From positions 1 through 51,327 of IMG/VR virus record IMGVR_UViG_3300010354_000127: a stretch of 51,327 bases of DNA. One strand, 5' to 3'. The DNA is from a virus. Taxonomy: Duplodnaviria; Caudoviricetes. Positions 23,804-33,683 of the stretch are shown one piece after another; positions within the stretch are counted from its first letter, which is position 1; each line of letters opens with the position of its first letter. The notes under the pieces were generated by a model. It worked only from the letters and a program-made list of their open reading frames with translations. It ran no database searches and was not told the DNA's origin. Position numbers and translations under genes: made by a program.

Positions 23804-26800
23804 TCAGTCGTTCAGGAGCACGCGATGGGAGGACTCGAGCTCGCGCTGGATGTCGGCGAAGGCGAGCTCCACCTGACGGCGGATCTCCAGTGCATCGCCT
23901 CCTGAGCCACCTGCGTGGATGGTAACGGGGGCATGGATGGTGACCGGTGCGACGGCCCGTTGCTGCTGCTGCGGGGGCAGCGGGGCGGGCACGTTGATGG
24001 CCGGCGCCGGCGGTGCCTCGGCTGGAGCAGCAGGAGCCGTCAGCGCGATCCGGTTGATCACCGGCGACGCCATTTGGGCCGGGCCTGCGAACTGCGGCGT
24101 GGGCAGGTTGATCAGCGGCGCGACGGGCTGCGGCGCGGTCAGGTTGACGGCCGGTGCGGGGACCATCAGGGGGGCAGGGGCCCCAGGCGCCGCGATGTTC
24201 ATGGTGGGCGGCGGCACCAGCTGGGGCGCGGGGGCGCTGGCGGCTGCCACGTTCACCGTCGGCGAGGCGACGCGCACAGCTGGCGCTGGGGCCACGGCCG
24301 CCGGAGGAGCGGCGACGCGCGGCGCAGGGAGGTTGATCAGCGGCCGAGGTGCATCGGGCGCTGCCAGGGTCACAGCCGGCGGCGGCACCAGCTGGGGGGC
24401 GGGGGCGCCTACCACGTTCACAGTCGGTGGTGCTGCGACGCGGGGGGGCGCGACGTTGACAGCCGGCGGCGGCACCAGCTGCTGGGGCTGGACCGCAGGG
24501 GCCGCGACATTCACCATGGGCGCCGCGACGCGCACCATCGGCGCCTGCGGCTGAGGCATCGCCGGGGCGGCCGCGGCCATCGCCACCATCGGCGGCGGTG
24601 CATCGATCCGCACCATCGGCTGCGGCAGCATCTCTGCGGCCACCGGCTGCGCGGCCAGCATTGCGGCCACCGCACCAGCGGTCAGCGGCTGGGCGACGCG
24701 CGGGATGATCGCCCCGTTGAACTCTGGCCAGAACAGCTCGGCCCGCCGCTCGCCCACGATGTAGGGGGAGCCCTTCCGCACACGGCCGCCGGTCGCGCGC
24801 GGCTGCGGCGCCCTGCCAGGGGAGGCGGCACGCGCGACAGCAGAACGCCCCGGTGCAATCGGCTGCGGCCGCGCCACGTTCGCCGTGTCGGCAGGGCCAC
24901 CGCTCACCATGCTCTTGATGCGGCTCCAGGTGGAGCCGATCCAGCCGAACAGCGCGCCGGCACGGGACTTGAGGCCGTTCATGATCGCCTCGATCACCGC
25001 GCTGCCGACGCTGGCGACACGGCCAGGCGTCTGCCGGATGAAGGCGACGACGCGGTTGAAGATCGCCTGGATGCCAGGCGCCAGGCGCTGGAAGGCGCCG
25101 ACGATCAGGCCCGGGATGGGGAAGATGATCCTGAGGATCTGCGGACCCCACGCGCGCACGACGGCCAGCGCCCTGGCCCAGGTTTGGGCCATGAAGGTGC
25201 CGATGCTGGTGAACAGCGACCGGATGGCCGGGCCGAGGGCCTGCAGTGCCGACATCATCTGGCCTGGCAGCGCGGCGACGATCGCCAGCCCCTGCACGGC
25301 CCAGCTGCGGATCGCCGCCAGGCCGCTGCTCAGCGTCTGGCCGATGCCCAGCACGACGGCACCGAGGCCCTGCAGCCCAGCCGAGAAGCCGGTGACGACG
25401 AACCGGCCCATGCCGATCGCCTGCTGCAGCAGCCCAGCACCGATCTGATCCAGGCCGCTGAAGGCCTGCGCGATGCCGGCGACAGCCTGGCCCGGGTTCA
25501 GGGTGAAGACCCCGACGAGGGTGTTCCAGATCCCCCGGGCGACGTTGACCACGCCGGTCAGCGCGGTCCTGACGCCCTCGATCATCTGCCCCAGGCCGGC
25601 GCCCATGATCGCCGCCCACCCCTGCTGGGCCAGCCGCGCGCCTTGGCTGAAGAGGCCGCCGATCCAGGTGGTGAACTGCCCCCATCCGGCCTTGATCCCC
25701 TCCCATGCGCGCGCCGCCGCGGCGCTGACCTGCGGCCAGTATTTGACGAGCGCGAAGATCGCGGCGCCGATGCCGCCGATCAGGGCGATCCATGGCAGCA
25801 GCGGCAGCATGGCGGCGAAGGCTGCGCCTCCGACGGTCGTGAGGCCTGCGACGGCGGTGCCGACGAAGCCGGCGATGGCGGTGCCGATTGCTGCGAGGGC
25901 CGGCCCGACGACGCCCAGCGCGCCGGCGATCGTGGCGCCGAGGCCACTGAACCAGCCGGCGACGATGCCGATGCTGCCCAGCCAGCCGGCGATCGTGGCG
26001 CCCAGCGACACGCCGGCCAGGGCGGTGCCGATGGTGCCGATCGCGCTGATCACCCCGGCGATGATCGGCAGCGCCACCACCAGGCCGGCCAGCGCACCGC
26101 CAATCAGCACGATGCCGGTCACCAGGCCCTGGTTGTTCTGCGCGAACTCAGCGAAGCGGACCATCACCGGGCCGATCGCCTTCATGATCGCGTTCAGGCT
26201 CGGCAGGATCGCCGCGCCGATGCTCACCCCGAGGGCATTGAGGCCGTTCTGGAAGATCTTCGCCTGGGCCCCGGCGGTGCCCATCTGGTTGTTGAACTCC
26301 TTCTGCATCGAGCCGGCGAAGGCCTGCTTGTCGCGGATGAGGTCGAACGCCTGGCCGATCAGCTTCGTGTTCGTCAGCAGCGGCATGATCGCCGCCTTGC
26401 TCTCCTCGCCGAACAGGGCGCCGGCGATGCTGACCTGCTGCTCTTTCGGCAGCTTGGCCATCTTCTCGAGGACGCTCTTCATCGTCCCTTCCGGGTCGAT
26501 CTGCATCCCCTTCGCCAGCTCCTCGGAGATGTCCATGGCGGCACCCTTCGCCGCCTTCTTGATTGCCCCCTTGCCGCCCTTGATCTGCGCCGCCAGGTCC
26601 TCGCCGCGGAACAGGGTCGCCAGGGCGAACTGCTGATTGGTCGTCGCCTGGCTGCCCTTCGTCAGCGCGTTCAGGAAGTTCTTCAGGCCGGTGGCCGCCA
26701 CCTCCGTCGGGGTGCCGCTGGCCAGGAACGCCGCGCCCATCCCCGCCACCTGCTCAGCGGTCAGGCCGGCGGCCTTGCCGATCGCGCCGATCCGCCGCGT

Positions 26801-27430
26801 CACCTCCGTGAGGTCGGCCGCGTTGACGGTGCCCTGGAACTTGTCCGACAGGAAGTTGATGGCGTCGCCGAGGTTCTCGACCTGCGGCTGCGTCAGGCCC
26901 ATCGAGGCCCGCAGCGCCACCATGGCGTCGCCGGCCTGCTCGGCGGTCATCTGGAACGCCACACCCATCCGCGCGGCCGCGCGCGTGAAGGGGATGATCT
27001 CGCTCTCCTTGTAGCCGGCGAAGCCCGCGCTCGCGGCGATCTGGCTCAGCTGCGCAGCGGTGTAGGGCAGCTCCGTCGACAGCTTGATCAGCCGGTTGCC
27101 GAACCGCTTCAGGCCGGCCTCACCATCCTTGAAGTCAACGGCCTTACGGACGTCCGCCATGGCCTTGTCGAACTCCATCGCCGCCCGCACCGACAGGCCG
27201 ATGGCTCCAGCGAACGCCGTTGCCCCCACCGTGGCCTGCTGCCACAGGGCGGTGTCGAACATCGACTTGAACGATCGCCGGCCGGCAATCGCTGCATCGT
27301 TCAGGGTGCGGTTCACGTTCCGCCCCAGCGACGACACCTGCACCTGGGCCTGCCGGATCGAGGTGCCCAGGCTGGCCGCGATCTTCCCGCCGATCTCGAC
27401 GGTGATCTTCTGCTGGGAGCCGCCGATCAT
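23804..27430 (-). CDS. Tail tape measure protein (TP901 family)
   Basis: FDKAMADVRK, EVAATGLKN, LFGEE; 1208 aa; follows the tail chaperones. Confidence 0.92.
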   Translation of the reverse strand: MIGGSQQKITVEIGGKIAASLGTSIRQAQVQVSSLGRNVNRTLNDAAIAGRRSFKSMFDTALWQQATVGATAFAGAIGLSVRAAMEFDKAMADVRKAVDFKDGEAGLKRFGNRLIKLSTELPYTAAQLSQIAASAGFAGYKESEIIPFTRAAARMGVAFQMTAEQAGDAMVALRASMGLTQPQVENLGDAINFLSDKFQGTVNAADLTEVTRRIGAIGKAAGLTAEQVAGMGAAFLASGTPTEVAATGLKNFLNALTKGSQATTNQQFALATLFRGEDLAAQIKGGKGAIKKAAKGAAMDISEELAKGMQIDPEGTMKSVLEKMAKLPKEQQVSIAGALFGEESKAAIMPLLTNTKLIGQAFDLIRDKQAFAGSMQKEFNNQMGTAGAQAKIFQNGLNALGVSIGAAILPSLNAIMKAIGPVMVRFAEFAQNNQGLVTGIVLIGGALAGLVVALPIIAGVISAIGTIGTALAGVSLGATIAGWLGSIGIVAGWFSGLGATIAGALGVVGPALAAIGTAIAGFVGTAVAGLTTVGGAAFAAMLPLLPWIALIGGIGAAIFALVKYWPQVSAAAARAWEGIKAGWGQFTTWIGGLFSQGARLAQQGWAAIMGAGLGQMIEGVRTALTGVVNVARGIWNTLVGVFTLNPGQAVAGIAQAFSGLDQIGAGLLQQAIGMGRFVVTGFSAGLQGLGAVVLGIGQTLSSGLAAIRSWAVQGLAIVAALPGQMMSALQALGPAIRSLFTSIGTFMAQTWARALAVVRAWGPQILRIIFPIPGLIVGAFQRLAPGIQAIFNRVVAFIRQTPGRVASVGSAVIEAIMNGLKSRAGALFGWIGSTWSRIKSMVSGGPADTANVARPQPIAPGRSAVARAASPGRAPQPRATGGRVRKGSPYIVGERRAELFWPEFNGAIIPRVAQPLTAGAVAAMLAAQPVAAEMLPQPMVRIDAPPPMVAMAAAAPAMPQPQAPMVRVAAPMVNVAAPAVQPQQLVPPPAVNVAPPRVAAPPTVNVVGAPAPQLVPPPAVTLAAPDAPRPLINLPAPRVAAPPAAVAPAPAVRVASPTVNVAAASAPAPQLVPPPTMNIAAPGAPAPLMVPAPAVNLTAPQPVAPLINLPTPQFAGPAQMASPVINRIALTAPAAPAEAPPAPAINVPAPLPPQQQQRAVAPVTIHAPVTIHAGGSGGDALEIRRQVELAFADIQRELESSHRVLLND

Positions 27431-27610
27431 GCTTCCTTCAGCTGCTGGGCAATCTCATCCTGGACCCCTTGAGCGGCGCGGAGCCAGGCGAGGAAGTCGT
27501 CGATGAACTCGTCGAGGATCTCAGCCAAACCCCAGCCGGTGAGCTTCGACAGGATGACGATCATCCGCCGAAGCTCAGACAGGCTGGTCAGGGTTTGGCC
27601 TTCTGAAAAA
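27427..27610 (-). CDS. gpE'-like extension of the tail chaperone (-1 frameshift product)
   Basis: The -1 frame is open from CTTTTTC and reads ...LRRMIVILSKLTGWGLAEILDEFIDDFLAWL...; its stop overlaps the tape measure ATG. Confidence 0.7.
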
Positions 27611-27863
27611 GCACCACCTGCTCTTCCAGCTTCTTCCAGTCGGCGGAGTCGAGCTCGAGGAGCTCGTCCCTGGTGATCTCGCAGAGGTTGGAGATCAGCA
27701 CCAGGCCGGTCTCCGCATCGTCGCCACCACCGGCCTTCTGGGCCGTGATCATGTCGCGCACCTTGGGCCGGCGCATGACGAGGTACTGGACCTCAGCGCC
27801 GCTGATCTGAATGGGGAAGTCGAGCTCGATCTTCGCCGTGTTGGGGTGGGGGGTTTTGGACAT
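27588..27863 (-). CDS. Tail assembly chaperone (P2 gpE / Mu gp41-like)
   Basis: LVMRRPKVRD, LISNLC, LD..D motifs; between tube and tape measure genes. Confidence 0.85.
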   Translation of the reverse strand: MSKTPHPNTAKIELDFPIQISGAEVQYLVMRRPKVRDMITAQKAGGGDDAETGLVLISNLCEITRDELLELDSADWKKLEEQVVLFQKAKP

Positions 27864-27868
27864 TGAAA

Positions 27869-28378
27869 TCAGACTCCGATGGCAGTGCGGATGGTGGCGA
27901 GCTGATCGACACCGTTGATCTTGCGGATCATGTTCACCACGTCGATCTCATGAACGACGCGGCCGCCCACGGTCTCCTTGTAGTAGCGCAGGGCGAGGTT
28001 GAACTTCACGCTGCTGGTGTCGCCGGACTTCCAGTCGCCGTGATCGAGCTCTTTGACCACGCCGGTCATGTTCACGATCATCGGGACGGCGGCTTCACCG
28101 TCGCGACGGAGAGCGCCACGGGCCGTGAGCTGCGTCGCGGCACCGTCGGCCAGGCCGTAGAGCGAGAGCATGTCGGGCTCGTACTCGAACAGCTCGAAGC
28201 TCGTCTCCAGCTTCTCCATGCCGAGGTCGATCTCGGCAGGGATGTCCATGCCGCCGCCGCGATACTCCTCCATCTTGGTGGTGAGCTTCGGCAGCGTGAG
28301 CATGGAGACCTGTCCGGCGAGGCCGCGGCCATCGACGAACAGGCTGAAGTTCTTCAGTACGCGGGGGATCTGGGCCAT
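27869..28378 (-). CDS. Major tail tube protein (P2 FII-like)
   Basis: LKNFSLFVDG, LPKLTTKMEEYRGGGM, EIDVVNM..INGVDQL. Confidence 0.93.
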   Translation of the reverse strand: MAQIPRVLKNFSLFVDGRGLAGQVSMLTLPKLTTKMEEYRGGGMDIPAEIDLGMEKLETSFELFEYEPDMLSLYGLADGAATQLTARGALRRDGEAAVPMIVNMTGVVKELDHGDWKSGDTSSVKFNLALRYYKETVGGRVVHEIDVVNMIRKINGVDQLATIRTAIGV

Positions 28379-28413
28379 GGGTCAGTCCTGCAGGGTGGGC
28401 GGTTGAAAGGCGA

Positions 28414-29832
28414 TCAGCGGAACAGGTCGACGACGTAGCTGTTGACCAGGTGGCTGCGGAACGTGACTCGCTCAGCCGGGAAGGGCGGAGTGAAGTCGAA
28501 GTCGAAGAACACCTGCCCGTTGGCGATGCTCGTCGGGCTGTTCAGTTCGGGATCGACCCAGACGTCGCCGCCGAGGATGGCGCCGCGCGACTGGAGATTG
28601 CGGAGATAGCCCCGCACGCTCTCCTGAACCTCCTCGAGGTAGGTGGCGGTGATGCAGCGGTCAACGGCCCAGAGGTGACCGCGCAGGATGGACTCGTTGA
28701 TCATGTCGGCCGTGCGCCGGACCGACAGGAAGGCGTACTTCGGATCCATCGCCAGGGTGCGGTTGCCCCACAGGCGGAAGCCCTGCTCGCGAACGATCGT
28801 CGCGATCTTCGATTCGTTGAGCAGGTTGGCCCGGGAGGTGTAGTCGCCCAGGGCGAAGTCGATGGCACGTGCGGTGCCCTCGATGCCGGCGATCTCGTTG
28901 TTGGAAGGGCTCCACCAGAAGCCGCGCTCGTTGTCGACCTTGTTGATCAGGCCGGCGACGGCGGCGGAGGCAGGCACAGCGGCGCCGTCGCGCAGCACCC
29001 AGGGATCGACCACGTAGATGCGGTCGCTGCCGAAGTCGTCGGCGATCTGGATGGCGGCAGCGTCGGTGGTGTTGGGCCCGTCGGCGACGATGACCGCGCG
29101 GAGGCGGAAGGCGATGCCGAGCAGTTCAGCCAGCACCTCGGAGCGAACGGTGCCGCGGTTGATGGTGCCGGCCGTGGCCTGGGTGCCGCCGCTGGGCGGT
29201 GCACCGATCGTGACGGTGGGGTTGGTGGCGTAGCCCGAGCCAGGGTCGGTGATGGTGATGCTCACCACCTTGCCGGCGTTTTCGCCGGTGCCGAGCACCG
29301 CCACCGCCGTGGCCTGCTTGCCGCCACCAGCAGGGGCGGCAATGGTGACCGCCGGGGCCGTGGTGTAGCCAGCCCCCTGGTTCTGCACGGCGATCGAGAG
29401 GATCCCGTTGGTGCTGCGCTGATGGGTGAACCCAGGAGCGATGAGGATGCGGGGTGCGAAGCCCACGGCGCCCTCGGCGGCCAGGAAGGCATGCACGCCC
29501 TCATAGGCGCCGGTGCCGTTGTTGATCCCGCCTCGGACGTTGTTGATGGTGGCACCTTCGTTGAGGCCCTCGGCCACTCGCACCACCACGACCACGGCGC
29601 CGGCCTGGTCGTAGATCAGGTCCAGTGCGGAGGGGAGAGTGCCGGTTTCACCGAGGCCCTGCATCTCACCCCGGCGCGTCACGAGGACGGGGGTATTGAG
29701 GGGGAAGGCATCGGCATCGGCATCAGGAGCAGTGCCGATCAGACCGATCACGCTGGAGCGGATGGTCTGAATGGGGCGAGCTCCAGTGTCGACCTGGAGA
29801 ACCTCCACACCGTGGAGAAAGGTGGTAGTCAT
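28414..29832 (-). CDS. Contractile tail sheath protein (P2 FI-like)
   Basis: FLHGVEV, PRILIAPG, GFWWSPSN, GFRLWGNRT, FLSVRRTAD. Confidence 0.95.
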   Translation of the reverse strand: MTTTFLHGVEVLQVDTGARPIQTIRSSVIGLIGTAPDADADAFPLNTPVLVTRRGEMQGLGETGTLPSALDLIYDQAGAVVVVVRVAEGLNEGATINNVRGGINNGTGAYEGVHAFLAAEGAVGFAPRILIAPGFTHQRSTNGILSIAVQNQGAGYTTAPAVTIAAPAGGGKQATAVAVLGTGENAGKVVSITITDPGSGYATNPTVTIGAPPSGGTQATAGTINRGTVRSEVLAELLGIAFRLRAVIVADGPNTTDAAAIQIADDFGSDRIYVVDPWVLRDGAAVPASAAVAGLINKVDNERGFWWSPSNNEIAGIEGTARAIDFALGDYTSRANLLNESKIATIVREQGFRLWGNRTLAMDPKYAFLSVRRTADMINESILRGHLWAVDRCITATYLEEVQESVRGYLRNLQSRGAILGGDVWVDPELNSPTSIANGQVFFDFDFTPPFPAERVTFRSHLVNSYVVDLFR

Positions 29833-29883
29833 GCGCGGAGAACCTCCTGTCAGATTGAGTCTAGCCGCCCCGGCCCAAAGGCC

Positions 29884-30633
29884 TCAGCGAACAATGATGA
29901 CGCCGACGCTGCTGCAGTCGATGCCAGCCGGCGCCGCCTGGTTGGTGGAGCCAACGAGGATGCGCAGAGCTTGGGGCGTCTTCGTCGTCGGCGCCGAGGT
30001 CTGGCTGTTGGCGTGGTAGTCGACAACCGTCTTCGGGTTGTTGGTCGCAGACGATGGCGCCATGCCGGCTGCTGCGTAGTTGGCGTCAACCAGTGCAGCG
30101 GCGAAGTTGATCACGTAGTCGCCGGTGCCGCAGTCGCTGATCGAGTGAACGTTGTTGTGGGCGTTGATCTGGCAGCGCTTGATGGCGACGTTGCCACTGG
30201 TGCTGCCGCTGGTGCCGTGAGTGACCGTGAACGTGTTGGCGTCGGGCACGCTGACGATCGTGAAGACGCCATCGCTGGCCGTGCCGGAGGTGAAGTCCAG
30301 CGAGACCACGTGGCCAGGCAGGTAGCCGTGAGCCGTGCTGCTGACGGTGACGGTGGTGCCGCTGCGGACGTAGGTGGCACTGACGTCTGCCTGCAGGGTG
30401 CCATTGAACGACACCCAGGTCGGAGTGCCGATCGGGGCCGCCTGCTGGAACGCTGTCAGCCTGGCGTCGAAGGTCGCGACCAGTGCCTCTACGGCAGCGA
30501 AGTCCGCCAGCAGCTCAGGGATCTCACTGGGCTGGGTCTGCAGCTGCCAGCCAGTGCCGTTGAACCGCCAGGTGCGGCCCTGATACGAAACGGTCTGGTT
30601 GACCGTTGGATTGGCTGGGAAGTCGAGGGCCAT
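29884..30633 (-). CDS. Tail fibre / receptor-binding-associated protein
   Basis: Beta-rich; N-terminal MALDFPANP; C-terminal NVHSISDCGTGDYVINF. Confidence 0.65.
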   Translation of the reverse strand: MALDFPANPTVNQTVSYQGRTWRFNGTGWQLQTQPSEIPELLADFAAVEALVATFDARLTAFQQAAPIGTPTWVSFNGTLQADVSATYVRSGTTVTVSSTAHGYLPGHVVSLDFTSGTASDGVFTIVSVPDANTFTVTHGTSGSTSGNVAIKRCQINAHNNVHSISDCGTGDYVINFAAALVDANYAAAGMAPSSATNNPKTVVDYHANSQTSAPTTKTPQALRILVGSTNQAAPAGIDCSSVGVIIVR

Positions 30634-30635
30634 GA

Positions 30636-31133
30636 TCAGAGGATGAGTGTGACGCGACGCGGACGGGGCAGTTCAAGCTCGGCCCAGCTGAGAACAGCAG
30701 TAGTGGTGCCATCCGTTGTGGTGGGCCGAAAGGTTAGGCCTAGTTGCCAGTTGGATCTGTAAAGCGCGGAGATTGAGAACTGCTGCTCAAATGTCTGCCA
30801 GCCGCCCATTGTGCTGCCGCCAAAGCTGATGGTGCTGCCGTTTCTGACGTTGTAGACGCTGGTGGTCAGGTTCAAGTTGCCGCCACCACCAATGACTCCA
30901 CCGCTGATCTTGGCAGCTCGCCATCTGACGACTCCAACATCACTGCCAAACTGAGTCAGCGATGTAGCTGCCAGGCCGATCCGCAGCTCTTCGCCAGATG
31001 AGCCCCCCAAAATGTAGGTGGCATCGTTGGGAATCGCTTCATTGATGCTGGTGAAGCTGCCGGTCCACGGGGTAAGGCCAACCACGTTGCTCCCGTAGCT
31101 GATCACCTGATCTGGCCTGAGGATCTCGCGCAT
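30636..31133 (-). CDS. Hypothetical virion protein
   Basis: Gly/Ser/Thr-rich; visibly lower GC than neighbours; in the fibre cluster. Confidence 0.6.
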   Translation of the reverse strand: MREILRPDQVISYGSNVVGLTPWTGSFTSINEAIPNDATYILGGSSGEELRIGLAATSLTQFGSDVGVVRWRAAKISGGVIGGGGNLNLTTSVYNVRNGSTISFGGSTMGGWQTFEQQFSISALYRSNWQLGLTFRPTTTDGTTTAVLSWAELELPRPRRVTLIL

Positions 31134-32227
31134 CAGAATGTCAGGCTCACATTCAAGCTGGAGACAAACCCACTCAGGGCAGATGTCGTCAGCCAGACCC
31201 AGCTGTTGGCCGGGATGCTGGCATTGCTGAACGAGGTGGTCGCCTGGCCTGTGGTGGTGTTGGTGGTTGTGATCCCTCCGGTGACAACCTCGGTGCCAGC
31301 TTGGCTGAAGTCAGCACCAAAGCGGATCGAGAACGTTGCGCTCGGGGTGCTGCTGCCCATCACCACCGAGCTGATGCGCGAGATCGTCAACGCCGAGGTG
31401 GTGTAGAACAGCGCCACCTTCTCGCTCGACGTCGGGCTGACGATGCTGACCGCCTTGGGACCCATGGCACCAGGGGCACCAGGAGCGCCGGTCTCGCCGC
31501 GCGGGAGGATGAAGTTCAGGATGGCAGCCGTGGCTGTCCCCGAGTTCGTGACTTGCGCTGCGCTTCCGGGCGCGCTGGTGGCAACAGTGCCGATGCTGAC
31601 CAGGCCGGCGGGGCCCGAGGCGCCATAGCCAGGCGCGCCAGTCTCCACCCACTGTGAGGTGTTGCCGTCGTTCAGCCAGGTGTAGCGGATGCCCGTCGTC
31701 GCATCCAGCCACTCATCGCCTGGCGACGGGCTGGCGGGTGCGGTCTGGCTGAAGGTGAAGGCGTTGGGGCCCACGCCACCGCCGCCGCCACCGCCGCCCA
31801 GGACAGCCTTGACGAACGCCGTGGTGGCGAGCCTGGTGCTGTCGTCGGCCGCATCCTGCGTGGGCGCCGTGGGGGTGCCGGTGAACGCTGGGCTGTTCAG
31901 CCTGGCCACACCGCTCACGTCATCGGCGGTGAGCTCCACATCGCCCGTCTTGCCGGCGACACTCTGCACCGCCTCATCCCCAGCCTTGAGGAACGACTGA
32001 TCGCGCACCCATTTCGTCGTCGCGACCCGGCTGCTGTTGTCGTTCGCCGGTGGAGTGGTGGCCGTTGGCGTCCCGGTGAGGGCAGGGCTCTCCTTCGGCG
32101 CCCGTGCGTCCATGTCCGCATCCACCTGATCCAGGGCGGTGCGCAGGCGCGTCACGTCATCGATCAGCAGGTTCGCCGCGTTGGGCTTCGGATAGCCCCG
32201 CTTCTCAGTCGTGTCGTTGATCGGCAT
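31133..32227 (-). CDS. Tail fibre protein
   Basis: Two SPA.TGTPTA.T...D.S.R.ATT..V fibre repeats; VQSVAGKTGDV; short collagen-like stretch. Confidence 0.75.
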   Translation of the reverse strand: MPINDTTEKRGYPKPNAANLLIDDVTRLRTALDQVDADMDARAPKESPALTGTPTATTPPANDNSSRVATTKWVRDQSFLKAGDEAVQSVAGKTGDVELTADDVSGVARLNSPAFTGTPTAPTQDAADDSTRLATTAFVKAVLGGGGGGGGVGPNAFTFSQTAPASPSPGDEWLDATTGIRYTWLNDGNTSQWVETGAPGYGASGPAGLVSIGTVATSAPGSAAQVTNSGTATAAILNFILPRGETGAPGAPGAMGPKAVSIVSPTSSEKVALFYTTSALTISRISSVVMGSSTPSATFSIRFGADFSQAGTEVVTGGITTTNTTTGQATTSFSNASIPANSWVWLTTSALSGFVSSLNVSLTF

Positions 32228-32231
32228 GGGA

Positions 32232-33674
32232 TCAGATCACCACAACGCGAAGCTGGCGCACCTGGGGACGATCGGCTGCAGTGCCTTCGAGGGTCAGCCG
32301 CACGCGGGTCGTGGTGCCGCCGGCCGCGAAGCCGCTGATGGTGTGGATCCGCTCGAACCAGCCATCGCCCACCGCGGCGGTGCTGGTCACCGCCTGGGCC
32401 TGCCACGTGCCATCGGCCTTCTCCACCTCGACCGTCACGCCACTGGTGCCGGGCAGGATCGCCTCGTAGGTGATCGTCACGCGCGCGTTGGCCGCGCACG
32501 GGATGGCCCGGGTGATGTAGGTGCCGGTGGCGCGCTGCACGCCGTAGACCGCCTGCGTGCCGGCGAACAGGTACGGCGACTCCGTGACCGTGCCACGCAG
32601 CACCGCCGAGAGGTTCACCCGCTGGTTCAGCACCTCGTTCAGGCGGATCCTGGCGTTGTCGGCGCCACGGATCTGCGTGCCATCCGCGAGGGTGTAGATG
32701 AACTCGACGTCGGTGGAGTTGTTGATCCGGTCGACGCCGGCCAGCGTCAGCAGGTCCGTCACGTCGCCGACCACAGCTCGGATCGTGCCCGTCGCGGGAG
32801 TCATCGGGCTGCCAGAGACCGTGAAGGTGAAGGTGTTGGCGTCGACCACGGTCACGGTGAAGGCACCGTTGTAGCCCGACTGATCGGCGCCATAGAGCAG
32901 CACCTTCTGCCCCGTGGTGAACCCGTGCCCCGGAGCGGTGGCAGTCGCCGTGGTGCCGCTCCGGCTGATGCCGGTCACCGCCGCCTGGAAGATGTCGCCC
33001 AGGTCGACGGTCCGAGAGGTGTTGGTGAACCGGGCACCGTAGAGCCTGAACGTCAGGTCGGTGTCCTGCACCGGTGTCCAGGTCGAGGCGTTGCTCGACT
33101 TCAGGAACACCCCGACGGTGTAGGCCTGAGAGGTGACCCACTGATTGGCCGTGCTGTCGAACTTGCCCGACTGCGCGATGGCCACCGCATGGTCAGGGTC
33201 ATCGGTGAGCAGCACGATCGCGTACTCGACGTTCGCCTCGAGGTAGGTGGGCCTGGTGAAGGTGGCCTTGGTCCAGCCTGTGGTGCTGATCGAGCTCCCC
33301 AGGATGATGCCTTCCGTGACGAGGTTGTCGTTCGGGATGCCAACCGTCGTTTCGCGGATCTGGACGACGACATTGTTGGCGGTGGATCCACGCACCTTGA
33401 ACGCCAGATCGAGGCCGGTCACGTGGCGGCCCTGCTCCAGACGGAACGTCTGCGCCAGCGGGTCCACCGGTCGCGTGGCCGCCTGCAGCGTCCTGGTGAT
33501 GGTGTTCACCGTCCGCATGTTGCGGGTGACGATCTCGCCCTCGCCCACGAAGCGGGCCTCGCCCAGGCTCCCCTGATTCCCCTCGAACGCCACGCGCTTG
33601 GCACCAGCGGGCACGTTCGCGGGGATGCGGAACTTGCCGCTGATCTGGCCCTGTGCGTTTGCGGTGAGTGTCAT
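32232..33674 (-). CDS. Baseplate/virion structural protein
   Basis: GKFRIPANVPAG, DPLAQTF, SSNASTWT..QD.DLTF motifs; paired with the upstream DUF4815-like gene. Confidence 0.7.
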   Translation of the reverse strand: MTLTANAQGQISGKFRIPANVPAGAKRVAFEGNQGSLGEARFVGEGEIVTRNMRTVNTITRTLQAATRPVDPLAQTFRLEQGRHVTGLDLAFKVRGSTANNVVVQIRETTVGIPNDNLVTEGIILGSSISTTGWTKATFTRPTYLEANVEYAIVLLTDDPDHAVAIAQSGKFDSTANQWVTSQAYTVGVFLKSSNASTWTPVQDTDLTFRLYGARFTNTSRTVDLGDIFQAAVTGISRSGTTATATAPGHGFTTGQKVLLYGADQSGYNGAFTVTVVDANTFTFTVSGSPMTPATGTIRAVVGDVTDLLTLAGVDRINNSTDVEFIYTLADGTQIRGADNARIRLNEVLNQRVNLSAVLRGTVTESPYLFAGTQAVYGVQRATGTYITRAIPCAANARVTITYEAILPGTSGVTVEVEKADGTWQAQAVTSTAAVGDGWFERIHTISGFAAGGTTTRVRLTLEGTAADRPQVRQLRVVVI

Positions 33675-33683
33675 CGGTCAGCC

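Noticed and set aside
22818-25793. 991-aa version of the gpU ORF
   Set aside because: The upstream part overlaps the tape measure gene out of frame; gpU similarity begins at the ATG at 23801.
23915-27472. Very long plus-strand ORFs antisense to structural genes (also 28450..30762, 32211..34559, 42702..44804, 46541..49234)
   Set aside because: Shadow ORFs typical of high-GC coding DNA; the minus strand carries recognisable phage proteins.
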